This document shows, one piece after another, positions 10,599 through 19,749 of a DNA stretch of 64,000 bases. Under the pieces are notes generated by a model. That model had not been told where the DNA came from. It saw only the letters and a program-made list of their open reading frames with translations, and did not search any database. The translations under genes and the position numbers were made by a program. Numbering within the stretch: position 1 is the stretch's first letter; every line of letters begins with the position of its first letter. The stretch comes from Sphingomonas sp. (GTDB taxonomy: Bacteria > Pseudomonadota > Alphaproteobacteria > Sphingomonadales > Sphingomonadaceae), in contig JBAZYJ010000011.1 in NCBI GenBank assembly GCA_041659385.1, forward strand, positions 57,374-121,373, read 5' to 3'.

Positions 10599-11558
10599 AT
10601 GACTCAGGATGAACAGCTCAAGGCGGCGCTCGACCAGGTGGCGAACGGCCGCGCAACCGCCCGGACAGAGGGCACTCGCGCCAGCATAATCGTCGACGTG
10701 TCCGGCATGGACGAAGCGGGCCGCGCCGCAATCGAGCGCGATGTGGACGCAGCAGCACGCGGCATTGCCGGGATCGAGACGGTTCGCATCGCCCTGACCA
10801 GCCAGCGCACGACGCGTCGGCTGGTCGCGGTTGCCAGTGGCAAGGGCGGGGTGGGGAAATCCACCGTCTCAGCCAATCTGGCGATTGCGCTCAGCAAGGC
10901 CGGGCGCCGGGTCGGGTTGGTCGATGCCGATATCTATGGCCCGTCGCAGCCCAAGCTGTTCGGCGTGGAGGGCACGAGGCCAACCGCGAAGGACAAGCAG
11001 CTTTTCCCGGTGCCGACACCTTATGGCGTGCCGATTCTGTCGATGGGCCAGCTTGTCGCCGCCGACCAGGCGATTGCCTGGCGCGGCCCGATGGCGGCGG
11101 GCGCCTTGGGCCAGTTGGTCGATGCCGACTGGGGGACGACCGATACGCTGGTGATCGATCTGCCGCCGGGGACGGGCGACGTGCAGCTTACCATGATCCA
11201 GAAGCACAAGCCGACCGGCGCGGTGATCGTTTCCACGCCGCAGGACCTGGCCTTGATCGACGCGCGCCGCGCGATCGACCTGTTTGCCAAGGCGGGGGTG
11301 CCGATCATCGGCCTGGTCGAGAACATGGCGGGCTATGTCTGCCCGAGCTGCGGCGAGGTTTCCGATCCGTTCGGGCGCGGCGGCGCGGAAGCGGCGGCAA
11401 TGGAACTCGGCATCGATTTCCTGGGGCGCATCCCGCTCGACATCGCCATCCGCACCGCGTCCGACGCGGGGGTGCCGCCCGTCGTGAAGGGTGGCCCCGA
11501 AGCGATCGCCTTTGACGCGATCGGCACGCGCGTCGATGCCTGGTTGAAGGCACATTGA
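10599..11558 (+). CDS. mrp: Mrp/NBP35 (ApbC) Fe-S cluster carrier ATPase
   Basis: SGKGGVGKST, DADIYGPS, DLPPGTGD, ENM...CPSC motifs. Confidence 0.93.
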   Translation: MTQDEQLKAALDQVANGRATARTEGTRASIIVDVSGMDEAGRAAIERDVDAAARGIAGIETVRIALTSQRTTRRLVAVASGKGGVGKSTVSANLAIALSKAGRRVGLVDADIYGPSQPKLFGVEGTRPTAKDKQLFPVPTPYGVPILSMGQLVAADQAIAWRGPMAAGALGQLVDADWGTTDTLVIDLPPGTGDVQLTMIQKHKPTGAVIVSTPQDLALIDARRAIDLFAKAGVPIIGLVENMAGYVCPSCGEVSDPFGRGGAEAAAMELGIDFLGRIPLDIAIRTASDAGVPPVVKGGPEAIAFDAIGTRVDAWLKAH

Positions 11559-11660
11559 GCGCTTTGGGGAAATCGCCAGAACTGCTTGCCAAATAACGGC
11601 TTTACGACAGGCCGTGCCTGTGAGACCGTCGAGACAATCCCGCCAATAGGGGAGTTGCCG

Positions 11661-11951
11661 ATGCTCGCTGCACTTCTGATGGCTCAGTTGAACCAGGCGT
11701 CAACGGTCGACTCGATCCTGTCGGATTATCGCGCGCGCACCTCGGCGGTTGTCGTGGAAAAAACGCGCTGTTCGCAAGGCGACAATGCGGATGGCGCCGA
11801 AATCCTGGTCTGTGGCCGCAACGATCGTTCGGTACGCCTGCCTTTTCCCGACGAACGTGTGCCGCCCGAAGTGGCGCCCCACGGCAGCTTGCTGGTCGCG
11901 CCGATCTTCGTATTCAAGGTCATCCGCAAGATCGTCGATCCTGATCGTTGA
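11661..11951 (+). CDS. Small secreted hypothetical protein (C...EILVCG motif)
   Basis: SD-like GGGGAG, hydrophobic N-terminus, two Cys, fills the gap between mrp and hom. Confidence 0.65.
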   Translation: MLAALLMAQLNQASTVDSILSDYRARTSAVVVEKTRCSQGDNADGAEILVCGRNDRSVRLPFPDERVPPEVAPHGSLLVAPIFVFKVIRKIVDPDR

Positions 11952-11978
11952 TCAGCGCCGTGAGCGTTATCCCCGACG

Positions 11979-13274
11979 CTATCCCAGGATGTGCATCCAC
12001 AGCGGATCGCCGGTCAGGCTGGATGATCCGCTCAGCGCCTTGATCGCGGTGGCGACGGCGCGTTCGGGCCCTTCATGCGTGACGATGGCGACGATCACGC
12101 TGCCGTCGCTCAACGCGCCGCGTTGCATCAGGCTTTCGATCGATACGCCGGCGTCGCGCATGGCGGCGGCGATTTCGGCCAGCACGCCAACCCGGTCCGC
12201 CACGGTAAACCGCACATAAGCGCGACCGACGCGATCGCCGGTATCCGCCGGGGACAGCGCCTCCAGCGCGGCGGCGGGCATCGCATAGGGCGGGCCGAAT
12301 TCACCGCGCGCAATGTCGATCAGGTCGGCAACCACCGCCGATGCGGTCGGGCCATCGCCTGCGCCTGCGCCCTGGAACAGCAGGCGGCCGACGAAATTGC
12401 CCTCCGCGACGACGGCATTGGTCGCGCCCGTCACATGCGCCAGCGGATGCGCCATCGGCACCAGATGCGGATGGACGCGCTGCACCAGCCCGCCATTGCC
12501 CGATTCGGCCAGCCCGATCAGCCGGATGCGATAGCCAAGCGATGCGGCCTCCGCGATGTCGGCGGCGAGCACATGGCGAATGCCGCTGGCCGCGACATCG
12601 CCGAACGCGGGCTGGGTGCCGAAAGCCAGGCTGGCGAGGATCGACAATTTATGCGCCGCATCGATGCCGTCGATGTCGAAGCTGGGATCGGCCTCTGCAA
12701 AGCCCAGCGCCTGCGCTTCCGCCAGCACATCGGCAAAGTCGCGGCCTTCGGCTTCCATCTTGGACAGGATGAAATTGCAGGTGCCGTTCAGGATGCCATA
12801 AACCCGGCTGATCTCGTTCGCCGACGCGCCTTCGCGCAGCCCCTTGATGACGGGAATGCCACCGGCGACGGCGGCTTCGAATTTCAACGCGACACCCGCC
12901 GCTTCGGCAGCGCTGGCCAGTTCCAGGCCGTGATGCGCGATCATCGCCTTGTTGGCGGTCACCAGCGCCTTGCCAGCGTTCAGGGTCGCGCGCGCCAGTG
13001 TCAGCGCCGGGCCGTCCGACCCGCCGACCAGCTCCACCACCACATCGGCGCCGGAATGCTGGGCAAGCGCGGTGGTGTCGTCCACCCAATCGAATCGCGC
13101 GATATCGACGCCGCGATCCTTGCTCCGGTCGCGCGCGGAAACCGCGACGATCTCGATCGGGCGACCCGCACGGCGCGCGATCAACTCACGATTGGCATCC
13201 AGCAGGCGGATCACGCCGCCGCCAACGGTGCCAAGGCCAGCGAGCGCGATGCGGAGAGGTTTGGTTTCAGTCAT
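11979..13274 (-). CDS. hom: Homoserine dehydrogenase with C-terminal ACT domain
   Basis: GLGTVGGG NAD-binding motif, VTANK, FEAAVAGGIP, GILNGTCN, EADPSFDIDG. Confidence 0.96.
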   Translation of the reverse strand: MTETKPLRIALAGLGTVGGGVIRLLDANRELIARRAGRPIEIVAVSARDRSKDRGVDIARFDWVDDTTALAQHSGADVVVELVGGSDGPALTLARATLNAGKALVTANKAMIAHHGLELASAAEAAGVALKFEAAVAGGIPVIKGLREGASANEISRVYGILNGTCNFILSKMEAEGRDFADVLAEAQALGFAEADPSFDIDGIDAAHKLSILASLAFGTQPAFGDVAASGIRHVLAADIAEAASLGYRIRLIGLAESGNGGLVQRVHPHLVPMAHPLAHVTGATNAVVAEGNFVGRLLFQGAGAGDGPTASAVVADLIDIARGEFGPPYAMPAAALEALSPADTGDRVGRAYVRFTVADRVGVLAEIAAAMRDAGVSIESLMQRGALSDGSVIVAIVTHEGPERAVATAIKALSGSSSLTGDPLWMHILG

Positions 13275-13307
13275 GCGGCCAGGACGTGGCGCGCACCTTT
13301 CGTCGCG

Positions 13308-13637
13308 TCAAGCCTGCGAAGCCAGTTTGATGACGACGGTGCATGAGTTCTCGATGCAGTCGATCCCCGATGCGCGGAGGTGCAAAAAGCCCGCGCCACA
13401 CCAGGCTGCCATCGTCACGAAGAACAGGATAACCGCGTGCTGGAACTGCCGCCGCTGGAAAAGGAACCATTGAACACCGCCGCTTATGATGGCGATGGCG
13501 AACAGAAGCTGGATCGGCCAATCGAGAGCGAGGAAGCGGGGCCATTGGGTCACCGTTCCCAAAGCCGTCAGCGCAGCCAGCGCGGAACCGATCAATCCCA
13601 GGCCGAGAACGGCGTAGCGCCAGGCAAGCGCCAGCAA
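13308..13637 (-). CDS. Small membrane protein, about 3 TM
   Basis: Exactly fills the gap between the 2OG oxygenase and hom; three hydrophobic segments; TTG start only. Confidence 0.5.
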   Translation of the reverse strand: MLALAWRYAVLGLGLIGSALAALTALGTVTQWPRFLALDWPIQLLFAIAIISGGVQWFLFQRRQFQHAVILFFVTMAAWCGAGFLHLRASGIDCIENSCTVVIKLASQA

Positions 13638-13641
13638 GCGG

Positions 13642-14595
13642 TTACGCCTTCACCAGGCCAATCTCGACCAGCCGTTCGTGCAGATAATCATCCGCGGTGA
13701 TCGGGGTGGGATAGCGGTTGGGGTTTTCGGCGGTGATCGTCGATGGCAGCGTCTCGATCAGGAAATCGGGCGCGGGATGCAGGAAGAAGGGCATCGAATA
13801 GCGTGATACGCCGCGCCGTTCGGGGGCGGGATTGACAACGCGGTGCGTGGTCGATGGCAGGACGTGGTTGGTCAGCCGTTGCAGCATGTCGCCGACATTG
13901 ATGACCATCGCGCCTTCGGGCGGCTTGATCGGCAGCCAGCGACCATCCTTGTCGAGCAGTTCCAGCCCCGCTTCCTCCGCGCCAAGCAACAGGGTGATGA
14001 GGTTGATGTCTTCATGCGCACCCGCCCGCACCCCTTCGGCATCGGCGGGGATCGGTGGATAATGCAGCAGCCGCAGCACCGAATTGCCGTCCTTCACCGC
14101 CGGGACGAACCAGTCATCGGCAAGGCCCAGATGGCGCGCGATTGCAGACAGCAGCACGTCGCCCGCGCGATCAAAGGCGGCAAACAGCTCCAGAAAGGTC
14201 TGCTTGAACCCTTGCGGTCGGCTGGGCCAGATATTCGCGGCCATGCGGGCGCCATTGGGGTGGCCCGCGGGCAATTCGCGCCCGACATGCCAGAATTCCT
14301 TCAGGTCGACGACGCTCGCGCCCTTGGCGATTTCGGTCTTGAAGGGGGTGTAGCCGCGCGCACCGCCACCGCCTTGCGTGTGATAGCCGCGCTTTTCCTC
14401 CTCGGGCAGTTCGAACAACGCCTCGGTTTCGGCCCAGGCGCGGTCGATCAGGTCCAGGGGAATGCCGTGGTCGCAGATGACCGCAAAGCCGAAGCGTTCG
14501 AACGAGCCGCCCAGCGCGGCGGCAAAGCCTGCGGGATCGTCCCGGTCCTGGTTCAACGATAACGGCGGCACGGTGGCCATTGGAACATCAAGCAT
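13642..14595 (-). CDS. 2-oxoglutarate/Fe(II) dioxygenase (isopenicillin N synthase-like family)
   Basis: HED...H facial triad (AHEDIN, STTHRV) and RYS 2OG-binding motif. Confidence 0.9.
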   Translation of the reverse strand: MLDVPMATVPPLSLNQDRDDPAGFAAALGGSFERFGFAVICDHGIPLDLIDRAWAETEALFELPEEEKRGYHTQGGGGARGYTPFKTEIAKGASVVDLKEFWHVGRELPAGHPNGARMAANIWPSRPQGFKQTFLELFAAFDRAGDVLLSAIARHLGLADDWFVPAVKDGNSVLRLLHYPPIPADAEGVRAGAHEDINLITLLLGAEEAGLELLDKDGRWLPIKPPEGAMVINVGDMLQRLTNHVLPSTTHRVVNPAPERRGVSRYSMPFFLHPAPDFLIETLPSTITAENPNRYPTPITADDYLHERLVEIGLVKA

Positions 14596-14707
14596 AAAGC
14601 ATCCACGAGTCGGTGATCGGCCAGCATATACGCGGGACAATGGCCGGCAGCCAGCCCGTGGATGGAGCGGCGGAAGCGAGTTTGCCCCCGATCAAACCCA
14701 GGCCCGT

Positions 14708-15226
14708 TCAGCCGTTGATGGTAATTTCACCCGCGGCATGGCCATTGTCGGCGGGTTTCAGGTCAAGCCTGAAGGGTTTCTTCTCATCGGTGGTGCCGGT
14801 CAGCCCATTGCCCGATGGCGTTACCGAAAAACCGGCATGGTTGAGCTTGTCGGCAAACCAGTCGCGCACGGTCGCGGGATCGGCGGGGCTTTCAAAGCGG
14901 ACATGGACAATGCCGCTGTCCCTGTCGTCGGTGTCCTTGTTGTCCCGCGCTTCGACATTCAGGCCCGATATGGTGGAACCGGGGTAGAGATGGACACCGT
15001 TCATGTCGAAATTGTCGGCGGTCAGGTGCATTCTGGGCAGTTTCAGGCTGCCGCTGAATACCGGTGTCTTGAGCGAAGCCGTGCCCGTCGCGCCATCGAC
15101 ATGCGCTGTCGTATTGCCGTCATCGTCACCGGCATTGATCGAAATCGAAGTGCCCGGCTTGCCATCGTCGCAAGCCGCGAGCGGCAGGGCGAGCAAGGCA
15201 GCGGCAAGAACAAGGCGCATCGTCAA
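14708..15226 (-). CDS. Hypothetical lipoprotein
   Basis: Lipobox LAAC, SD GGGAGG. Confidence 0.8.
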   Translation of the reverse strand: MTMRLVLAAALLALPLAACDDGKPGTSISINAGDDDGNTTAHVDGATGTASLKTPVFSGSLKLPRMHLTADNFDMNGVHLYPGSTISGLNVEARDNKDTDDRDSGIVHVRFESPADPATVRDWFADKLNHAGFSVTPSGNGLTGTTDEKKPFRLDLKPADNGHAAGEITING

Positions 15227-15235
15227 CCTCCCTGG

Positions 15236-15255
15236 TGTATTGCACTAATAATACT
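15236..15255. promoter_or_regulatory. Palindromic operator resembling GntR YtrA-subfamily boxes
   Basis: TGTATTG-CACTAA-TAATACT versus consensus TGTAnTA-N6-TAnTACA. Confidence 0.45.
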
Positions 15256-15366
15256 CCATTGCTGACGCCGGTCAAGGCGACGACCGATCGACCGTGCCGT
15301 CAACCGATTGCGGCGGCGCAGCATTCTGTGGGTGACGCGGCGGTGACGATGGGGCATGGCAGCCCG

Positions 15367-16626
15367 ATGACTCAGGCGGAAACCGTTGTTGGCAATGAAC
15401 AGGCCGTCGGCACAGGAACGGCCGAAAACGTGGCGCCGATCGGCTTTGTCGAATTCGTGTCGCTGGCCGCCGCGTTGATGGCGTTGACCGCACTGGGCAT
15501 CGATTCGATGCTGCCCGCGCTTCCGGCGATTGGCGCCAGCCTGCATGTCGTGGCGGAGAATCAGCGGCAGTTCGTGCTGTCGTCCTTTCTGTTCGGGCTG
15601 GGGGCGGGACAATTGGTCCACGGGCCGCTCGCCGATCGCTATGGCCGTCGCCCGGTAATGGGCGTTGCGCTGTCGCTGTATGTCGTCGCCAATATCGTGA
15701 CGGCGGTTTCGGCGAGTTTTCCGCTGCTGCTGATCGCGCGTTTCACCGGGGGGGCTGCCGTTGCCGCGACGCGGGTGGTTACCGTGGCGCTGGTGCGCGA
15801 CTGTTTTGCCGGGCGAGCGATGGCGCGGGTGATGAGCCTGGCGTTCATGGTGTTCATGGCCGCGCCGATTTTTGCGCCGCTGATGGGCACGGTGGTGCTG
15901 CTGGTCGGCAACTGGCGGTTGATTTTCTGGATCGTCGCGGTGATTTCGCTGTCGGTGCTCGGCTGGTTCTGGCTGCGGATGCCCGAAACGCTGAAGGTGG
16001 AGGCGCGGACCCCCCTGTCGGTGCGCGGCCTGCTCCATGGCTGGCGGGTGACGGTGACGGACCGTTCGTCGCTGGGCTATACATTGGCGGCCTCGGCGCT
16101 GATGGGCGCGCTTTACGGTTTCCTGAACACCGTCCAGCAAGTGGTGTTCGACGTGTTCAAGGCGCCCAATCTGCTGGTGCCGGTATTTGCGATGATCGCG
16201 GTGATGCTGGCGATCGCCAACCTGACCAATTCGAAGATGGTGGTCCGTTTCGGCATGAGGCGCATTTCGCACAGCGCGCTGGTCGGGCTGATCGCCATTG
16301 CGGTCGTCCATCTGGTCATTGCGATGACCGGGCGGGAAACGATCGTCAGCTTCGTTGTCCTGCAGGCACTGACCATGGGCTGTTTCGCGCTCGCCAATTC
16401 CAATTTCTCGTCGATGGCGATGGAGAATATGGGCGCAATCGCGGGGACGGCCTCCAGCGTGCAGGGCTTTGTCAGCATCACTATCGGCACGCTCGTTGGC
16501 GCGATGATCGGCCAGGCGTTCGATGGCAGCACCGCGCCGCTGTTCGCGGGCTACATGATTTCGGGGCTGGTCGCGCTGGCGATTGTCGCGGTGACCGAGC
16601 GCGGACGGCTGTTCCACGCGCATTGA
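15367..16626 (+). CDS. Bcr/CflA (DHA1) MFS drug efflux transporter
   Basis: GIDSMLPALP, DRYGRRPV motif A, about 12 TM segments; start could be 15349. Confidence 0.9.
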   Translation: MTQAETVVGNEQAVGTGTAENVAPIGFVEFVSLAAALMALTALGIDSMLPALPAIGASLHVVAENQRQFVLSSFLFGLGAGQLVHGPLADRYGRRPVMGVALSLYVVANIVTAVSASFPLLLIARFTGGAAVAATRVVTVALVRDCFAGRAMARVMSLAFMVFMAAPIFAPLMGTVVLLVGNWRLIFWIVAVISLSVLGWFWLRMPETLKVEARTPLSVRGLLHGWRVTVTDRSSLGYTLAASALMGALYGFLNTVQQVVFDVFKAPNLLVPVFAMIAVMLAIANLTNSKMVVRFGMRRISHSALVGLIAIAVVHLVIAMTGRETIVSFVVLQALTMGCFALANSNFSSMAMENMGAIAGTASSVQGFVSITIGTLVGAMIGQAFDGSTAPLFAGYMISGLVALAIVAVTERGRLFHAH

Positions 16627-16724
16627 TCCTGGTTGACTGGCCACAGGCTTGACCCGAGGCTCGGTGTCGGGCGAAAATCGACGTGGAATGTGCGGAAGCG
16701 CCGCCGAAGGACAGGGGGATTGCG

Positions 16725-17321
16725 ATGACTCTCGATCCGCGCATCGATACCTATATCGCGGGTAGCGCCGAATTTGCGCGCCCGATCCTCGCCGAAATCC
16801 GCCGCCGGGTTCATGCCGCTTGCCCGGAGGTTGAAGAGACGATCAAATGGTCGCGCCCCTGCTTCGTCCATCGCGGGCAGATCCTTGCCAACATGTCGGC
16901 GTTCAAGGCGCATGTCAGTTTCGGCTTCTGGCAGCGAGAGGCGTTGCGGACGGGAAGGGAAGGCGAGGCGATGGGCCAGTTCGGCCGCATCACCGGCCTG
17001 TCCGACCTGCCGGATGAGGCGAGCTTTACCCGGTTGGTTGGCGATGCGCGCGCGCTGATCGACGATGGCGCGGGCAAGAGGACCAGGCCGGCCAAACCCG
17101 CGCGGCCAGCGCCCGAAGTGCCCATGGCGCTGGCGGAGGCATTGGCCGACGATTCGGTGGCGGCGGCCACCTTCAACGCATTCCCGCCAGGCTGCCGCCG
17201 CGACTATTGCGACTGGATTGCCGAGGCCAAACGCGACGAGACGCGCCAACGCCGCGTGGCAGACGCGATCGAATGGCTGCGCGAAGGCAAGCGCCGCAAC
17301 TGGAAATACGAAAACTGCTGA
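16725..17321 (+). CDS. DUF1801 + YdeI/OmpD-associated domain protein
   Basis: DPRIDTYI, EETIKWSRP, WIAEAKRDETRQRR motifs. Confidence 0.85.
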   Translation: MTLDPRIDTYIAGSAEFARPILAEIRRRVHAACPEVEETIKWSRPCFVHRGQILANMSAFKAHVSFGFWQREALRTGREGEAMGQFGRITGLSDLPDEASFTRLVGDARALIDDGAGKRTRPAKPARPAPEVPMALAEALADDSVAAATFNAFPPGCRRDYCDWIAEAKRDETRQRRVADAIEWLREGKRRNWKYENC

Positions 17322-17404
17322 TTGGTGGATGATCGGCGCATCATCGGTGGATGGCCGGTTGAATGGGCAGCGGCGCTGGCGAACCTCCCGGCGGAACCGG
17401 ACGA

Positions 17405-17623
17405 TCAGTTGCCGGTGGCACTCGCCAGATTGGCCAGCAGCGCCAGGTCTTCGTCATGGACGGTGGCGCCCGTCGCGTCGTCGGTTGACGATCCGTCATG
17501 GCCCCTGGCCGCGACGGGGGCGGAATGCGGCGCGCTGTCGGCGACGTCATAGGCCGTCCACAAAATGCCGCCTGCCCAGAGAAGGGCGGCCCAGCGACTG
17601 CGGAAGAGCTTGACGAACGGCAT
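17405..17623 (-). CDS. Small membrane-anchored hypothetical protein (72 aa)
   Basis: MPFVKLFRSRWAALLWAGGILWTAY...; single TM. The longer ORF to 18070 is not credible upstream of this ATG. Confidence 0.65.
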   Translation of the reverse strand: MPFVKLFRSRWAALLWAGGILWTAYDVADSAPHSAPVAARGHDGSSTDDATGATVHDEDLALLANLASATGN

Positions 17624-18048
17624 GGGCCTCGTTGTGCGCTGCCGTTGGTTAAGCCGTGCCCTAGAGACGTCGTTAACGGCTTGGGGGAGGGTGGTGCCGC
17701 GACTCGCAAGACGGGCGGGGTGGCGGTTCGACCTGGAGGGCGTCGCATCGGAACGCGGATGCCGAAATCCGCTGACTGGCTCGGTGGCTGGCTGCCTGCT
17801 TGCCTGCCTGACCGCCTGACTGCTTAGCCGGATGGCGGCTGGACGGCTGTCCGGCATGGCGTGGCGACTCACGCCAGCCACCATCCGCGAGCCGGCGACG
17901 GTCCATGCGCCAGCCACCGGCCAATGGTTTCCGGCATGAGCGCGATGGCAGGCCCCATGGCCGACCAGCGAACCGGGGTGGCCGATACCAGACCGGATAG
18001 CGGCAGGCGCCCGCTCAATTCGCCACCGGAACAATCCCCCAAACTCAT

Positions 18049-18160
18049 CATCACCGCGACAAATCATCACGGCGATAAATCGTCACCGTGACAAGCCATC
18101 ACCGCAGCAAGCCGTCACCGTGGCAAGGCATCGCCGCGGCAAATCTTCACGGCGACAAAA
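18049..18160. repeat. Seven tandem degenerate 16-bp units
   Basis: CATCACCGCGACAAAT, CATCACGGCGATAAAT, CGTCACCGTGACAAGC, CATCACCGCAGCAAGC, CGTCACCGTGGCAAGG, CATCGCCGCGGCAAAT, CTTCACGGCGACAAAA. Confidence 0.9.
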
Positions 18161-18181
18161 CCGGGCGCGAGGGCGGCAAGC

Positions 18182-18379
18182 CTAGGTGCGGCGCGGACGG
18201 GGGTGTTCCTTGCCAACTTCCTGCTCGACCGAGGTGGTTTCTGCTTCGCACGCATGGCACCACGCGCTGTCTTTGAGTTCAGCGATCACCCAGCGTTGAG
18301 TCCGCAAATCCCATTCGACTCGCGCATCCCGCGAAATACTTGGCCGCGCGCACCGGCGGCAAAGATATGTAACCCGCAA
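18182..18379 (-). CDS. Small CxxC...CxxC (zinc ribbon-like) protein, 65 aa
   Basis: CRRC and CHAC pairs; TTG start with GGGGGA upstream and an AT-rich promoter-like region. Confidence 0.6.
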   Translation of the reverse strand: MRVTYLCRRCARPSISRDARVEWDLRTQRWVIAELKDSAWCHACEAETTSVEQEVGKEHPRPRRT

Positions 18380-18600
18380 TTCGATCCCCCGATCTTATTT
18401 TATATTAGGGGCTTAGCACAATTCTGCATGATTTGTGTAGCAACACGTCCAAAATGGAGAAGACTGGGTTTTCAGGGCCGAAAAATTTGGGGCGCGGACT
18501 GTCCTGAGCAAGGTGAACAGGCGCCGCCCCGCTTTGGGTTGCGACGGCCACCAATCCCCGATGTGTCGACTGGCGCGATTGCTCGTCCGCCAGAAACAAT

Positions 18601-18624
18601 GCAGGGCGCCGAGAAGCGCCCTGC
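18601..18624 (-). terminator. Terminator hairpin after nrdB
   Basis: GCAGGGCGC-cgagaa-GCGCCCTGC, 9-bp stem. Confidence 0.55.
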
Positions 18625-18630
18625 GTCAAC

Positions 18631-19689
18631 TCACTCCGCCGCGATGCCGGCTTGCGAGAACATGTCCCCGCCGGTTTCGCCGCCATCTTCGTTGGCGATC
18701 TTGCCGACCTTTGCCTTCTGGCGCTTGTCGAAGCTGTCCCACACTTCGTTCCAATTGCCGCGCGTCGCGCCCTTTGAATATTCGGTCGCACGCTGTTCGA
18801 AGAAGTTGGCGTGTTCCACCCCGTTGAGTAGCGGGGCAAGCCAGGGCAGCGGGTGTTCGTCGATCATGTAGATCGGCTTCAGGCCAAGCTGGCCCAGCCG
18901 CCAGTCGGCGATGTAGCGGATGTATTTCTTGATTTCCTTGGGCGTCATGCCCGTCACCGGGCCTTGTTCGAACGCCAGGTCGATGAACGCGTCTTCCAGC
19001 CGGACGGTCGTCTGGCACACGTCCATGATGTCGTCCTTGACCGATTTGGTCAGGCAGTCGCGTTCCTTGCAGAATTCGTGGAACAGGCGGATGATGCCTT
19101 CGCAGTGCAGGCTTTCGTCGCGCACCGACCATGACACGATCTGGCCCATGCCCTTCATCTTGTTGAAGCGCGGGAAGTTCATCAGCATCGCAAACGACGC
19201 GAATAATTGCAGCCCTTCGGTAAAGCCGCCGAACATCGCCAGCGTCTTGGCGATATCCTCATCGGTGTCGACGCCGAAGGTCTGCAGATAATCGTGCTTG
19301 TCCTTCATCTCGGCATATTCGAGGAACATGCCATATTCGCTTTCGGGCATGCCGATCGTATCGAGCAGGTGGCTGTACGCCGCGATGTGGATCGTCTCCA
19401 TGTTGCTGAACGCCGCCAGCATCATCTTGATCTCGGTCGGCTTGAACACGCGGCCGTATTTTTCGTGATAGCAGTCCTGCACCTCGACATCGGCCTGGGT
19501 GAAGAAGCGGAAGATCTGGGTCAGCAGATTGCGTTCGTGCGCGGACAGCTTCTGCGCCCAGTCCCGGCAATCCTCGCCCAGCGGCACTTCCTCGGGCATC
19601 CAGTGCACCTGCTGCTGGCGCTTCCAGAATTCATAGGCCCAGGGATATTCGAAGGGCTTGTAGGTCTTGCGGGCGGAGAGGAGGGACAT
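18631..19689 (-). CDS. nrdB: Ribonucleotide reductase class Ia beta subunit
   Basis: Di-iron ligands (ADVEV, METIH, FTEG, DESLH), radical Tyr in IHIAAYS, NFFEQRATEY. Confidence 0.95.
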   Translation of the reverse strand: MSLLSARKTYKPFEYPWAYEFWKRQQQVHWMPEEVPLGEDCRDWAQKLSAHERNLLTQIFRFFTQADVEVQDCYHEKYGRVFKPTEIKMMLAAFSNMETIHIAAYSHLLDTIGMPESEYGMFLEYAEMKDKHDYLQTFGVDTDEDIAKTLAMFGGFTEGLQLFASFAMLMNFPRFNKMKGMGQIVSWSVRDESLHCEGIIRLFHEFCKERDCLTKSVKDDIMDVCQTTVRLEDAFIDLAFEQGPVTGMTPKEIKKYIRYIADWRLGQLGLKPIYMIDEHPLPWLAPLLNGVEHANFFEQRATEYSKGATRGNWNEVWDSFDKRQKAKVGKIANEDGGETGGDMFSQAGIAAE

Positions 19690-19749
19690 GGGATTACTCC
19701 GGGACAACGAATATATGGATGAAATGGGTAGCAAGCGAGGGGGCTGATA

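Noticed and set aside
17624-18091. ORFs 17405..18070(-), 17498..17827, 17861..18091
   Set aside because: Low-complexity, Arg/Pro/Ser-rich shadow translations with no motifs; only the 3' 72 codons of the first look real.
18049-18160. CRISPR array
   Set aside because: Units are 16 bp, abutting, with no unique spacers, and there are no cas genes.
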